The notes: generated by a model not told the origin, from the letters alone. A DNA stretch of 64,000 nucleotides from Bdellovibrionales bacterium (GCA_965197425.1 CBDANC010000012.1:153077-217076), one strand, 5' to 3'; positions 20,268-31,161 are shown, numbered from the stretch's first letter. Translations and numbers: made by a program.

Positions 20268-21728
20268 TTATATCTGTGGTATGTAATTGACTTCTAGTTC
20301 AGTACGAGATGACACTCTTACATGTAACTGAATAGTTTTGTTGTTAAGCGTATATTCGTTAGATGAAAGTTTTCTCTTTTGACCATTGTCTATAATGTTT
20401 ACACTCAAAGTACCACTGACTGGAACACTTGCAAGTACAAATTGATCTATTACTCTTACTATATTTCTTCCTATATTTCTAAGTGTTGGTCCGTAGTCAG
20501 CATCACATATACTACCCGTTAATCCATTGGTAGCACTCACTAGGTCGGTAACCTCTAGTGCATATGATACGGTAAATTGTCGTCCATCATTAATGGAATT
20601 TTTTTGTTCATCTAAACAATTTCTATCTCCCTCTTCTATTACAATCCCATATACTGATACTTGTTTTCCTGCTCCCCAAACATTTCTTACAGCTGATATT
20701 ACATCATTTGGATTGTATATAGGGCTTGAAGCTTTTTTCGGAATTGATTCGTCTTCATCTGTTAGTACAACAACTGCCAAGTCAGCTTCATCTCTAAAAA
20801 ATCCTGCATTATGGGAGTCTTTTAGACTTATTGCGTTTACAATTGCACCTATTGGTTGTTCTTCTCCAGAAGGTAGTCCTTTACAATTTCTACTTCTTTT
20901 CCCTTGCCTTGTTTCAAAACAATCAATGGACTCTTGTCTTTGTATTGTATGCCTAAATAATTCTTCTTTGTTAGGTGTGTGTGTAGTTATGAATTTTATA
21001 TCAGTTTCGCCGTTAGCATCAGACATGTTTAAAAGTCTACCTCTGCTAGAATAAGGCCCATCATCACTTAGATCTGTGGTTGTAATACCAAGCTGCCAAT
21101 CTACATTTCGAAGTTCACCTATAAAGCTGTATAGCTTTTCGCTCATTTTTACTTGATCTTCACGCATTGAAACTGAGTTATCATTTACAAATAACACATC
21201 AACTTTACGCCTTTCAGGTATTGGCTGTTGGAATTGTTCTGAAACAAACAAACTTCTGTTTATATCTTTCTTCCAACAGGTAACCCCACTACTTTTTCTT
21301 ACAGATTCACATATTTGAATTCTAGATTTACTAGAATCACATGAATTTTTTGAATCAAATAGATTAAAATCAGAGCATGTTTTATTGACCAAGTGATAAC
21401 AGGTTCTGCCTGCAAACCTTGTTCTTGCACATTTTTTTACATCACTATTTTTACACTGGTTAGCTACAGAAAACAAGCCCCCTTCTTCACAGGTCTTATC
21501 TACTTGTGTGTAACAAGTAACTCTTCCATATTTTTGACCTACACACTTTTGTGAGTTAGTTGGTCTACATTCATCCAGGTTATACCTACCTTTACTAACT
21601 TGTTCACAAACGGCCACTGCCTCTGCTACACTAATTGTATAGTCTTCTGCTAGGGCAGAAAATGTAACTTTCCTTTCACAGCCAAAAGTAAAAATCAATA
21701 GTCCAGTTAAAAAGATTCGATTGAGCAT
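20268..21728 (-). CDS. Cys-rich vWA-domain lipoprotein (adhesin-like)
   Basis: Lipobox FTFGC, Cys-rich N-terminal half, MIDAS-like DVLFVNDNSVSM, GITTTD, VVLTDEDE. Confidence 0.75.
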   Translation of the reverse strand: MLNRIFLTGLLIFTFGCERKVTFSALAEDYTISVAEAVAVCEQVSKGRYNLDECRPTNSQKCVGQKYGRVTCYTQVDKTCEEGGLFSVANQCKNSDVKKCARTRFAGRTCYHLVNKTCSDFNLFDSKNSCDSSKSRIQICESVRKSSGVTCWKKDINRSLFVSEQFQQPIPERRKVDVLFVNDNSVSMREDQVKMSEKLYSFIGELRNVDWQLGITTTDLSDDGPYSSRGRLLNMSDANGETDIKFITTHTPNKEELFRHTIQRQESIDCFETRQGKRSRNCKGLPSGEEQPIGAIVNAISLKDSHNAGFFRDEADLAVVVLTDEDESIPKKASSPIYNPNDVISAVRNVWGAGKQVSVYGIVIEEGDRNCLDEQKNSINDGRQFTVSYALEVTDLVSATNGLTGSICDADYGPTLRNIGRNIVRVIDQFVLASVPVSGTLSVNIIDNGQKRKLSSNEYTLNNKTIQLHVRVSSRTELEVNYIPQI

Positions 21729-21894
21729 AGAGAAATGCTAAGTTCAAAGAAGTATTTCTGTCTATTAAGAATATTGAAAGCATTTTAAAATTACGACTAT
21801 AGTACCCAAAGTACTATACTTTGTTTTAGTTAGAAATAAAAAGTGTCACTTTAATGACTGATACATAAGTCTAACTTGCTAGACTAAAAGTCTT

Positions 21895-22791
21895 TTAGTT
21901 GTTTAGGCAGTAAGTCTGATGGATTTCAAAATCACGACCGTTATCTTTAACCTTAGCACATTCTATTGTCGGATCGTGTTGAAAGTAAAGGTACCAATTT
22001 TTTTTAGAAGCTTCTTTTAATAAAAGTTGTTTTTCTTTTACCACTAGCAAGGGGTTTACGTCGTACCCCATTCCCCACGCCAGTTTTACATGAGAAGTTG
22101 TGGGTATTGCATCTGAACAATAAATTAAGGTTGTATTGTCGTCGTGTATTTTTACTGCCTGCATGCCTACAGTATGTCCATCGAAGACAGCTACTGATAT
22201 GTTATCCATTAAGTCACAATCACCGTCTATTGTGTCCAATATTCCAAATTCCAAAAGAGGTTCAAAGTTTGCTTTATAATAACTTGCTTTTTCCCTTGGG
22301 TTGGGGTTTAAAGCATTTTCTAAATTACTTTTTTGTATAAAGTGTTTAGCGTTTTTAAAAGTTGGAACTAACTTGCTCTTTTTACCCTTTGTGGTGGCCC
22401 CGCCTGCATGATCAAAGTGTAAATGGGTTAAAATAACATGTGTTACATCATCTGGCTTTATACCATGTTTAGCTAAGTTATCTATAAGAAGAGTTTCTGG
22501 TATATTATAGAGGCTTGCAAATTTAGAGCCTAGCCTTTCTCCATGTTTTAGTATGAAGTCTCCACCATTTCCTGTATCTATTATTATTTTGTGTTGCATT
22601 GATTCTAGTAACAAAACTCTACTTTCCAATGCAATTCTGTTTTGTTCATCTGGTTTATGTTTAATGGCCCACAAATTTTTTGGAACTACTCCAAACATAG
22701 CTCCACCATCCAAACCAAATATTCCTGTAGGAATAGATTTTAGGGTATAGTCCCCTATTTTTAAGTTTATTTTTTCCACTCTCACCAACAC
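21895..22791 (-). CDS. MBL-fold metallo-hydrolase (YtnP-like)
   Basis: LDGGAMFGVVPK, THLHFDHAGG, GHT, F.HDP. Confidence 0.9.
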   Translation of the reverse strand: MLVRVEKINLKIGDYTLKSIPTGIFGLDGGAMFGVVPKNLWAIKHKPDEQNRIALESRVLLLESMQHKIIIDTGNGGDFILKHGERLGSKFASLYNIPETLLIDNLAKHGIKPDDVTHVILTHLHFDHAGGATTKGKKSKLVPTFKNAKHFIQKSNLENALNPNPREKASYYKANFEPLLEFGILDTIDGDCDLMDNISVAVFDGHTVGMQAVKIHDDNTTLIYCSDAIPTTSHVKLAWGMGYDVNPLLVVKEKQLLLKEASKKNWYLYFQHDPTIECAKVKDNGRDFEIHQTYCLNN

Positions 22792-22838
22792 ACCATTTAG
22801 TATTTAAAGATTTAATATTTGATCAGCAAAAAGTTTTA

Positions 22839-23180
22839 TCACCCAGGAGGCCATGTCATTTGCCTTCCGCCCAGTATATGGATGTGCAGGTGATCAACCT
22901 CTTGCCCTCCATATTTTTTGCAATTTATAACTAGCCTGTAGCCTGTAGCATCTATTTTAAGCTTTTTTGCAATTTTTGGTATTTGTACCATGATATGGCC
23001 AATTAAATCCTTATCACCATCTGCTAGCCTCTGCATATTGGGTATTGGCTTTTTTGGTATCAACAAAATATGTACCGGAGCTTTAGGTGAAATATCCTTA
23101 AATGAAAGACACAGCTCATCCTCATGAACTATATCAGCCAGAATCTCTTTATTGATTATCTTTGTAAAAATAGTACCCAA
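22839..23180 (-). CDS. HIT-family nucleotide-binding protein (HinT-like)
   Basis: TIFTKII..EI, HLHIHILGGR..TWPPG; probable TTG start at 23180. Confidence 0.92.
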   Translation of the reverse strand: MGTIFTKIINKEILADIVHEDELCLSFKDISPKAPVHILLIPKKPIPNMQRLADGDKDLIGHIMVQIPKIAKKLKIDATGYRLVINCKKYGGQEVDHLHIHILGGRQMTWPPG

Positions 23181-23424
23181 AAACAACCTACTTTTTGTAT
23201 AAAGTTTGCACAGTTTTTCTAGAACCAAACCATTGACTTGTCCATTGTTGTAAATGATGCATAGCACACTTTTATATCTGGTAAAAGATACAATTTTGTG
23301 TCATACATGACCTTAGAGTTCGAGGAGGGGGTTACCGTCAAAAGTCTATCCTGTTTTTGGGCTTAATCAAGAACTAACGATTTAATTATGCACCGTTGGT
23401 GCAAAGGGATGGGGAGGGCGATGT

Positions 23425-24567
23425 ATGACAGTATCACTGTTTGTTAGGTTCTTTTTATGTCGATCTTTGGTATTTAGTCCAGTGCTGCTTATGCTTCTTG
23501 TTTTTAGTAGTGCAAGTGCAAATGATGATGAACTCTATTACTACGAGTTAGCTAGGTATCATGCTCCTGTGATTTATCAACAAACTGATGCAGAACACCC
23601 TAATTCCAATTACATTACCAGCTTCGATTTTGATGGTGATTTTGTAGGTGATAACAACTGGGATAATACTAATGTTTTTGAGCAGCCGGCATATGTCTAC
23701 TATTCTGTTTTTGATACCACAAAGTTTTATTACATATTTTATGGAGTTTTTCATCCTAGAAGATATAACTCTCGTTGTTTAAGTTTCATTTCACCTTGCC
23801 ATGAGAATGATTTTTCTGGGGCTATGGTTGTTGTAAGGAAGACTAATGAGCCTTATGGAACTATTGACCTTGTGGAAACATTTGTGAATAATAATTTTTA
23901 TACGCACCAGCCCAGCATGACAACTCATTATAGTAGAAGTGTTCATGCTAATTCTAGACCCAGATTAGCATTGTGGAGTCAGGCTAGAGGTCACAATTTA
24001 TATGTGTTAAATGAGAGCAGATATCAGGTAAACCATCTATGTGGAGGTGGCAATCTAAGTGTCAGCCAAGAAGACAACCAAGCAATGGAAAATATTGAGC
24101 ATTCTGAAGCTGGTCATATAAAGTATGTTCCTTCGGACATGGATGTTGTTGAAGTTCCTGGTGAGGGTATGACTGAAGGGACAGTTAGATATCAACTGCT
24201 AAACATGAAATCAGAGTTTTTTGACAAAATAGAGCATGCTATGGAGTATCACTCTTTTTACAGAAAAACTCGAAAATATCAGGGGACCAGATTTGGGATT
24301 GAATATCCTCTTGTACCTGACAACTTTCATGGAAGCAAATACCAAAACAACCAGGCTTCTTTCCCTTGGGCTTGGTTTGACGGATCTTGTACTAGGGTAA
24401 AAAGGGGGGACTGGTTTTTTGACCCTGCGTACGCTGTTAACACTCACTTAAGAAGACCAATAAATGATGTGGATGATTACATTTACAATCCATACTTGGG
24501 AATATATCCTGCTGATTACCCCACTACTACACAAGTGGCTTCCCAATCTCCTGGAAACAACCGATAA
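23425..24567 (+). CDS. Secreted hypothetical protein (Vps62/NPP1-like motif)
   Basis: Signal peptide; APVIYQ, VYYSV, HENDF motifs. Confidence 0.5.
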   Translation: MTVSLFVRFFLCRSLVFSPVLLMLLVFSSASANDDELYYYELARYHAPVIYQQTDAEHPNSNYITSFDFDGDFVGDNNWDNTNVFEQPAYVYYSVFDTTKFYYIFYGVFHPRRYNSRCLSFISPCHENDFSGAMVVVRKTNEPYGTIDLVETFVNNNFYTHQPSMTTHYSRSVHANSRPRLALWSQARGHNLYVLNESRYQVNHLCGGGNLSVSQEDNQAMENIEHSEAGHIKYVPSDMDVVEVPGEGMTEGTVRYQLLNMKSEFFDKIEHAMEYHSFYRKTRKYQGTRFGIEYPLVPDNFHGSKYQNNQASFPWAWFDGSCTRVKRGDWFFDPAYAVNTHLRRPINDVDDYIYNPYLGIYPADYPTTTQVASQSPGNNR

Positions 24568-24583
24568 AACAAGAGATCTTATA

Positions 24584-26029
24584 CTAAATATTTCCTCTGA
24601 AACTTAAGTTTCTAGAAATACGAGAGTTATTTACTGCATCTTCTCTGAACTTGTTTAAGATTTCTGTTTTGTATTCTTCATTGGCGTTTTCTATAAACTC
24701 ATAGGCTACCTGACTTTTATCAGCTAAGGTTTTTTTCTTTAGAAAAATAACATATAAGTCGTGGCCATCTTGTATTAGTTTGTCATAGAGAGGTTTTTCT
24801 TTTGAGAGCTTATAACCAGCTTCTAGGATCATTGGCTTTGTACCAATGTTAGGTATTTCCTCATCATTCAACGAATACTCTCCCGTTTCCTGCCAACTAA
24901 AACCGTACTCTTTTATTAGTTTATCTATTCCAGATTTCTGCCCCTCTTTCAGATATGAATTAAGCTTATCTGTAAAGAGAGCCTTCTTTTTCTTGGTTAT
25001 TAAGTTTTTTGCGATGCTAAAAGAAGCTTCACTTAGGGATTGTAAAGAAGATGTTTTTTTGTCCAGAAGTTTTATAATGTGGTAACCAAACTGTGTCTTA
25101 ATAGGGCCTTTTATCTCCCCTACATTCATGCTAAATGTCGCATCCTCAAATTCTTTTACCATGGTACCTTTAGAAAAATAACCTAAGTCTCCACCATTCT
25201 CCCCTGATCCTGGGTCATCAGAAATAGATTTTGCAATTTGAGCAAAGTCTTCTTTTTTGGTTTTATCTAATACAGTATTTGCAAGCTCCAGAGCTTTTTT
25301 ATCTGTCATTCCTTCTTTTTGTGTGGAGATCAAAATATGACTTGCTTTAATTTGTTCATCTTCTGAAAATTTGTTTTGGTTGTTTTGATAGTACTTAAGT
25401 ATATCTTCTTTATTTTCAGCCATGAATTTTTCTATCTCACTAGTCTGGATATCCATATTTAGGTCTTTATCTATTTTTACAAATTCCAAGTTAAATTTCG
25501 TATTTTCCAGTACCCACAAATTCTCAACCTCTTTTCTTGTAAGACTAATGCCTTTGGAAATTAGATCATTGGCCATCCGTACCAGGACAGATTTTTTAAT
25601 TTGTTCTTCAAATTTGGCAGGAGTCAGTCCTTGATTTGAAAGATAAGTTTCATAGTATGGCCTGCTAAAAATTCCTTCTGGCTTAAAAGCTTCAATTGCT
25701 AAAATTTCATCTCTAATTATTTCTGGAGCAACAACTAAGCCGATTTCACTAGCCTTCTGAGATAGAGCCTCTTCACCTATCAACTGTTCCAACGCAGTCT
25801 GCCTAATCTGTTCAATCTGAGTTTCGGACATATCAAAACTATCTCCAAACATCTCAGAGTAAAAATTGATCATTCTGTTAGATAAATTTTGGTGCTCATA
25901 CAAGGTTATAATAGAGTTATTTACAACTGCAGCGTAACCAGAGGTAGTAGGTCCAAAAGTATTGTAGCCCATAAAGATAAACACAAACGAAATACCACCA
26001 AAAATTACAACCACACCAATTTTTTTCAT
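24584..26029 (-). CDS. ppiD: PpiD/SurA-N-domain parvulin peptidyl-prolyl isomerase
   Basis: N-terminal [27 protein letters not shown]. Confidence 0.88.
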   Translation of the reverse strand: MKKIGVVVIFGGISFVFIFMGYNTFGPTTSGYAAVVNNSIITLYEHQNLSNRMINFYSEMFGDSFDMSETQIEQIRQTALEQLIGEEALSQKASEIGLVVAPEIIRDEILAIEAFKPEGIFSRPYYETYLSNQGLTPAKFEEQIKKSVLVRMANDLISKGISLTRKEVENLWVLENTKFNLEFVKIDKDLNMDIQTSEIEKFMAENKEDILKYYQNNQNKFSEDEQIKASHILISTQKEGMTDKKALELANTVLDKTKKEDFAQIAKSISDDPGSGENGGDLGYFSKGTMVKEFEDATFSMNVGEIKGPIKTQFGYHIIKLLDKKTSSLQSLSEASFSIAKNLITKKKKALFTDKLNSYLKEGQKSGIDKLIKEYGFSWQETGEYSLNDEEIPNIGTKPMILEAGYKLSKEKPLYDKLIQDGHDLYVIFLKKKTLADKSQVAYEFIENANEEYKTEILNKFREDAVNNSRISRNLSFRGNI

Positions 26030-26177
26030 TTATCAATACCTCAAAGATTTATTAAATAAAAAACCAACAGCCTATAATAACACCCACGCCTTATGTCATA
26101 AACTATCTTATTAAAAAAATAATACATAAACTTGGAAATTTTATGGGAGTTTGTTAATTTTAATCCAGGAGTTCACC

Positions 26178-26987
26178 TTGGGTAACCTACAACTAGACAT
26201 TAGAAAAATACTCATCGTACTATTTGTATTCATACTGCCTATCCTATCTATTAACATGCAGCGTAAACGGAGTATAACATCTGATATAGTTAACAGTATA
26301 AATTATTCTTTAGGTCTGGTTCAAAAAGGTTACATAGGTTTTAGCAACAACATATCGGACACTGTAAATACATACACCAATCTGATTGATATAAAAAAAC
26401 ACAACTTGGAGTTAAAAAGAAGCCTTGTCTCGAAAGAGGCTTTGATTGCCACTTTAAGCGAGCTTACAGTGGAGAACAATCGCTTAAGGGAGCTTTTGGA
26501 TTTTAGACAAAAGTCTTCAATGAGCCTGATTACCGCCAGTGTAATTGCCTACGATTTACTGATAGAGAATAACTCTACTGTTAGAATAGACAGGGGACTA
26601 GAGCATGGCATAGAAGTTGATCAAGCTGTAATAACCTCGGAGGGTATAGCAGGATATATATTAAAAGTTTATGAGACATTTTCTGATGTTTTACTCATCA
26701 CAGATAGCCGTAGTTCGATTGATGCCGTTGTACAAAGAACCAGAGCAAGGGGAATTATCCAGGGAAATAAAACCTTTTGTATTTTAAAATATTTAAATAG
26801 ATCGGATGATGTACAAGTTGGTGATTTAGTTGTAGCCAGTGGTTTAGATAATGTTTTTCCAGAAGGCTATCCTATAGGTACTGTGTCATTAGTAAATAAA
26901 AAAAGCTATGGAATAACTCAAGAAGTAGAATTAAAGCCTCACATTAACCCACTTAAACTGGAAGAGGTTTTTGTGGTTATGAACTAG
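26178..26987 (+). CDS. mreC: Rod shape-determining protein MreC
   Basis: ENNRLRELL, IDRG..HG, SGLD.VFP.GYPIG; AGGAG plus TTG at 26178. Confidence 0.93.
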   Translation: MGNLQLDIRKILIVLFVFILPILSINMQRKRSITSDIVNSINYSLGLVQKGYIGFSNNISDTVNTYTNLIDIKKHNLELKRSLVSKEALIATLSELTVENNRLRELLDFRQKSSMSLITASVIAYDLLIENNSTVRIDRGLEHGIEVDQAVITSEGIAGYILKVYETFSDVLLITDSRSSIDAVVQRTRARGIIQGNKTFCILKYLNRSDDVQVGDLVVASGLDNVFPEGYPIGTVSLVNKKSYGITQEVELKPHINPLKLEEVFVVMN

Positions 26988-27005
26988 GATGATGATAAAT
27001 TAGAT

Positions 27006-27500
27006 ATGATGGTACCCCAAATACATTTTTTTGCATGTTTGTTACTACTAATTCTAACAGTGTCTGCACAAACCTCTTTTATGTACAACCTGCTGGGAAC
27101 GACCTCCCATATGTGGCTTGCAATTACAGTCTATATATCCATATACAGGAGTTTAACTTTTTGTATAACCTGGGTTTATATAAGTACCATTATACTTTTA
27201 TTATTTTCATATTCACAACTTTCATACTTCTTGGCAGGACAGATGATTTTGATCTTTACTATAAGACTTATAGTTAAAAATGTTTTTTACAACACTCTAT
27301 CTTACTTTATCAGAATGTATTTATTTTCGATAATTTTATTTTATCTAACAACTGTTACACTAGATTATATCTTACATAATCTACCAATTCATATAGGAAG
27401 TAATTTGATCCTCCAGGCAATTCAATCTATTCTTACGGGTACGGTTATATTTTATACTATGAGAATTTTAGACACCATTCGAACCAGAACTAGTGAGTAG
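27006..27500 (+). CDS. mreD: MreD-like membrane protein
   Basis: Hydrophobic 164-aa protein between mreC and mrdA. Confidence 0.65.
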   Translation: MMVPQIHFFACLLLLILTVSAQTSFMYNLLGTTSHMWLAITVYISIYRSLTFCITWVYISTIILLLFSYSQLSYFLAGQMILIFTIRLIVKNVFYNTLSYFIRMYLFSIILFYLTTVTLDYILHNLPIHIGSNLILQAIQSILTGTVIFYTMRILDTIRTRTSE

Positions 27501-27502
27501 CT

Positions 27503-29395
27503 ATGAATTTATATTTAGATGATGAAAAGGATGTTAAAAGTTTAAAGGACAAGTTTAAACTTTTATATATTATTATCTTATCCTTCTCTTCCATTTTTTT
27601 GATAAGACTTTTTTACCTGCAAGTAATAAAAGGAGGTGAACTAAAGGAATGGTCTGACAACAACCACATTAAACCTCAAACTGTAAGAGCTACTAGAGGT
27701 ATGATCTTTGATAGAAATGGAGAGGTCTTAGTGGACAATATTCCAGGCTTTGTTGCGGTTATAGTGCCTCAGTATACTAGTGATTTGAGAAAGACATCTA
27801 AGGAAGTTGCAAAAATTATAGATATTGACCCAGAACAAATTATTAAAACAGTTGAAAAAAATAGAGGGGCCCTATTTAGACCTGTAATCATAAAAGAAAA
27901 TTTAACCAGAGATGAAGTAGCTCTATTAGAAAAAATTAGAATAACAAATCCAGGACTCAGAGTAGAAATGAAAAGTAAAAGGAACTACACCCTGGGTGAA
28001 AGTGGAGTACAGTTATTTGGATATGTAGGTGAGATTACAAAAAATCAATTAGAAAAAAACAATAAACTGAAGCAAGGGGATATCATAGGCAGGAGAGGCA
28101 TTGAACAATATTTTGATGCGGAATTAAGAGGGGTTGATGGATATGTACCGGTAAAAGTAGATGCTTTTGGACGAGAGTCAAAAGACATTAATACACCAGA
28201 AGTAATATCTTTTTTATACGAGCAGTATTATAAAGAATCCAAACCTGGTCACTCTATGTTTCTTACAATAGATAAAAAAATACAACAAGCCGCCTACAAC
28301 GCATTTAAAAACAGAAACCGGATTGGTGCGGCAGTTGTACTGGAGAATAAAACAGGTGCAGTGTTAGCTTGGGTAAATTCTCCAAGTTTTGATCCACACA
28401 TGTTTTGGCCTAGAATTAGTACTCACAACTGGCAAAACTTAATAAGCCAGGAGTTCAAGCCTTTAAGAAATAAAGTTGTACAAGACCATTATGCTCCAGG
28501 CTCGACCTTTAAAACAACTGTTGCGTTGGCAGGTTTGCAAGAAGGTATTATAACCAAAAATACAGAGCATCATTGTCCTGGATATTTTAGATTTGGAAGA
28601 AGGTTATACCATTGCTGGAGAAGAGGTGGTCATGGTTCTTTAAATGTAATAGATGCATTAGCCAAGTCTTGTAATGTATTTTTCTATAAACTGGGAAATG
28701 ACCTTGGAATTGATAAAATTGCTAAATATGCAAGGGCATTGGGTTTTGGCAAAAAAACTCAAATAACCTCTAGCCAAGAGACTACAGGTTTAGTACCTGA
28801 CTCTGAATGGAAAAAGGAAAACACAAATGAACAATGGCAACCAGGAGAAACATTAAGTGTATCTGTTGGCCAGGGTTTTTTGTTAGCAACTCCAATACAA
28901 GTTGCAAATGTTTTTTCTAATATTGCGAATAATGGATATAGTTTTAAACCTTATTTTGTAGATAAATTTACTAGAGCTGATGGTTTGGTCATAAAGGAGT
29001 TCAACAAAACCTTAGAAGTCTCAACTGATGTAAGAACAGAGACAGGTGATGAAATTGTAATTTCCAATGACAACTTTCAGATCGTAAAGCAAGGTCTTTG
29101 GAAAAGTGTTAATGCCACAGGAGGAACTGGAAGAGCACATGCTCTTAAAGAGATTATTTTTGCCGGTAAAACAGGAACAAGTCAGATAATTAATTTCTCT
29201 TCAAAAGAACTTTTTGAAAGGTGTCAAGATAGACCAATAAATTTAAGGCACCATGGTTGGTTTGTAGGTTTTGCACCGTTTGAAGATCCCAAAATTACAG
29301 TGGCAGTCTTAGCACAGCATTCGTGTTCTGGTTCAGGTGGTGCCGCACCTATTGCCAGGGACATTATTAAAACATTCAGTGACATTGAGGAATAG
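27503..29395 (+). CDS. mrdA: Penicillin-binding protein 2
   Basis: RG.IFDRNG, STFK, SCN, KTGT. Confidence 0.96.
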   Translation: MNLYLDDEKDVKSLKDKFKLLYIIILSFSSIFLIRLFYLQVIKGGELKEWSDNNHIKPQTVRATRGMIFDRNGEVLVDNIPGFVAVIVPQYTSDLRKTSKEVAKIIDIDPEQIIKTVEKNRGALFRPVIIKENLTRDEVALLEKIRITNPGLRVEMKSKRNYTLGESGVQLFGYVGEITKNQLEKNNKLKQGDIIGRRGIEQYFDAELRGVDGYVPVKVDAFGRESKDINTPEVISFLYEQYYKESKPGHSMFLTIDKKIQQAAYNAFKNRNRIGAAVVLENKTGAVLAWVNSPSFDPHMFWPRISTHNWQNLISQEFKPLRNKVVQDHYAPGSTFKTTVALAGLQEGIITKNTEHHCPGYFRFGRRLYHCWRRGGHGSLNVIDALAKSCNVFFYKLGNDLGIDKIAKYARALGFGKKTQITSSQETTGLVPDSEWKKENTNEQWQPGETLSVSVGQGFLLATPIQVANVFSNIANNGYSFKPYFVDKFTRADGLVIKEFNKTLEVSTDVRTETGDEIVISNDNFQIVKQGLWKSVNATGGTGRAHALKEIIFAGKTGTSQIINFSSKELFERCQDRPINLRHHGWFVGFAPFEDPKITVAVLAQHSCSGSGGAAPIARDIIKTFSDIEE

Positions 29396-29400
29396 TTAAA

Positions 29401-30510
29401 GTGTTGGTAGATAGAGGAACATTTTTAAAAAGAGTAGATTGGCCTCTGATCTTAGTTATTTTTATTATACAGGTTTTGGGGTTAATTAACTTGTGGAGCA
29501 CAATACACAATGTAGACACCCCACTTTTTGAATTTGAGCAAAAGTTTGTCGCACAGATAATTTGGATTTCAATAGGTTGGGTTGTGTTTATCTTAGCAAC
29601 TGTGATCAACTACAACTACTTTTTAAAATTTAGTTTTTTAATTTATTTTATAAATCTTCTGCTTTTGTTGTTGGTGTTTTTTGTGGGGGAATCTAGTTAT
29701 GGAGCAAAAAGATGGATAGATCTTGGTTTTTTTAAACTACAGCCATCGGAACCTATGAAGTATGTGTTGGTACTTGTGTTAGCCAAAGTGCTTTCTAAGT
29801 TTTCAGATGAGGTACAGTTAAAAAATCTTACCAAACCTCTCATATTAACCGTACTTCCTTTTATATTAACCGTTAGACAACCAGACTTAGGTACGGCCAT
29901 GGTGTTTGTGGGCATATTGGCAGTAATGCTCTTATTTATAGGAATCTCTAAAAAGTTGTTATTGTCGGGGATACTGCTATGTATGGTGATTGTGCCTGTA
30001 GCTTGGAAATTTGGATTGAAACAATATCAAAAAGAAAGAGTCATGACTTTTGTAAATCCATCTAAGGATCCTCAAGGCACTGGTTATAATTCAAATCAAT
30101 CCAAGATAGCAGTAGGATCAGGTGGCATTTATGGAAAAGGCTTTCATAAGGGCACGCAGTCCCAGCTAGAGTTTCTGCCAGAAAGACACACTGATTTTGT
30201 TTTTAGTGTGCTAAGTGAGGAACATGGCTTTATAGGTAGCATGTTTGTTATATCCTTATTTGTTATTTTAATTGGCATGGGAATAAAAATAGCATCTCTT
30301 GCAACAGATAAAAGTGGGGCTATTATGGCAGTAGGTTGTTCGATGACAATTTTTATTCATATGTCAATTAACATAGCCATGGTGATAGGTTTATTGCCCA
30401 TTGTGGGAATACCTTTGCCATTATTATCATACGGGGGATCAAATTTAGTACCAACCATGTTAGCACTAGGTTTTATATCCAGTATTTCCGCACGAAAAAA
30501 TCTTTTTTAA
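29401..30510 (+). CDS. rodA: Rod shape-determining SEDS protein RodA
   Basis: GAKRW, QPSE, QPDLGT, LPERHTDF, SYGGS. Confidence 0.96.
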   Translation: MLVDRGTFLKRVDWPLILVIFIIQVLGLINLWSTIHNVDTPLFEFEQKFVAQIIWISIGWVVFILATVINYNYFLKFSFLIYFINLLLLLLVFFVGESSYGAKRWIDLGFFKLQPSEPMKYVLVLVLAKVLSKFSDEVQLKNLTKPLILTVLPFILTVRQPDLGTAMVFVGILAVMLLFIGISKKLLLSGILLCMVIVPVAWKFGLKQYQKERVMTFVNPSKDPQGTGYNSNQSKIAVGSGGIYGKGFHKGTQSQLEFLPERHTDFVFSVLSEEHGFIGSMFVISLFVILIGMGIKIASLATDKSGAIMAVGCSMTIFIHMSINIAMVIGLLPIVGIPLPLLSYGGSNLVPTMLALGFISSISARKNLF

Positions 30511-30515
30511 TACTC

Positions 30516-30604
30516 AAGGTCTTCCGAACGAGGCAAAAATAAGGAGGCTATGCCTACTTATTTTGCTGAGTGGTTGCCCAGCTTTCTACCACGATGCTAA
30601 TCCC
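30516..30604 (+). repeat. Family C element (short-hairpin variant of B)
   Basis: AAGGTCTTCCGAA CGAGGCAAAAATAAGGAGGCTATGCCTACTTATTTTGCTGAG TGGTTGCCCAGCT...CACGATGCTAATCCC. Confidence 0.9.
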
Positions 30605-30610
30605 GACACA

Positions 30611-30727
30611 AAGGTCTTCCGAATCAAGTTAAAAGATGGATTGGTGAAATGTAAGACGAAGTCCAAATGTAACCAAGACATCTTTTAGCTTGATGGTTGC
30701 CCAGCTCTGGAACACGATGCTGATCCC
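30611..30727 (+). repeat. Family B element
   Basis: Nearly identical to 63848-63962. Confidence 0.92.
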
Positions 30728-30738
30728 GGCACATTGAT

Positions 30739-30786
30739 CAGGCATTCTGGCAATCAGGCAATCGAGCAAACTGGCAGACAGGTAAT
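30739..30786 (+). repeat. Degenerate 8-bp tandem repeat (six units, consensus CAGGCAAT)
   Basis: CAGGCATT CTGGCAAT CAGGCAAT CGAGCAAA CTGGCAGA CAGGTAAT; another CAGGCAAT at 31169-31176. Confidence 0.8.
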
Positions 30787-30787
30787 G

Positions 30788-30859
30788 GTCTCTTATTTTA
30801 AAAAAATATTTCCTCCTAGATAAAAACTATAGAGCAAATATTTTTTTAAAATAGGAGAC
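30788..30859 (+). promoter_or_regulatory. 24-bp inverted repeat covering the RBS of the four-helix-bundle gene
   Basis: GTCTCTTATTTTAAAAAAATATTT / AAATATTTTTTTAAAATAGGAGAC, 23 of 24 complementary plus one T-G; AGGAGA at 30853-30858. Confidence 0.75.
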
Positions 30860-30867
30860 AACATAGT

Positions 30868-31161
30868 ATGAAAAAATTAAAAACTTACCAGCTTGCAATT
30901 AACTTTTATCACAAAGCTGAAAACCTACACCTAAAGGAACCGCTTAGAAGCCAATTCCAAAGAGCTATCCTAAGCATTGTGCTAAATATTGCAGAGGGAA
31001 GTGCGAAGCCAACAGCTAAAGATAGAAGGAAGTTTTATTCTATAAGCCTTGGGTCACTTAGAGAAACACAGGCAATACTAGAAATCATAGACCACAAAAA
31101 CCTAATAGAAAAAGCAAATACACTGGGAGGATATCTATACAAACTATGCAAAAATACATAA
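30868..31161 (+). CDS. Four-helix-bundle protein (23S rRNA IVP / Avd-like fold family)
   Basis: LRSQFQRA..SI.LNIAEG, F..ISLGSL.E signature. Confidence 0.9.
   Translation: MKKLKTYQLAINFYHKAENLHLKEPLRSQFQRAILSIVLNIAEGSAKPTAKDRRKFYSISLGSLRETQAILEIIDHKNLIEKANTLGGYLYKLCKNT

Noticed and set aside
26030..26177. Missing mreB upstream of mreC (and missing ftsI/ddl/ftsQ around the mur genes)
   Set aside because: These genes are probably elsewhere in the genome; this cannot be judged from one window.
30611..30727. Hammerhead or HDV-like ribozyme
   Set aside because: CTGATC is not CUGANGA and there is no GAAA core; GCTGGGCAAC recalls HDV but no P1/P3 pseudoknot partners can be drawn. A novel ribozyme is not excluded.
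30868..31161. Diversity-generating retroelement, or 23S rRNA intervening sequence
   Set aside because: No reverse transcriptase, no template/variable repeat pair with adenine-specific mismatches, and no rRNA sequence in the window.
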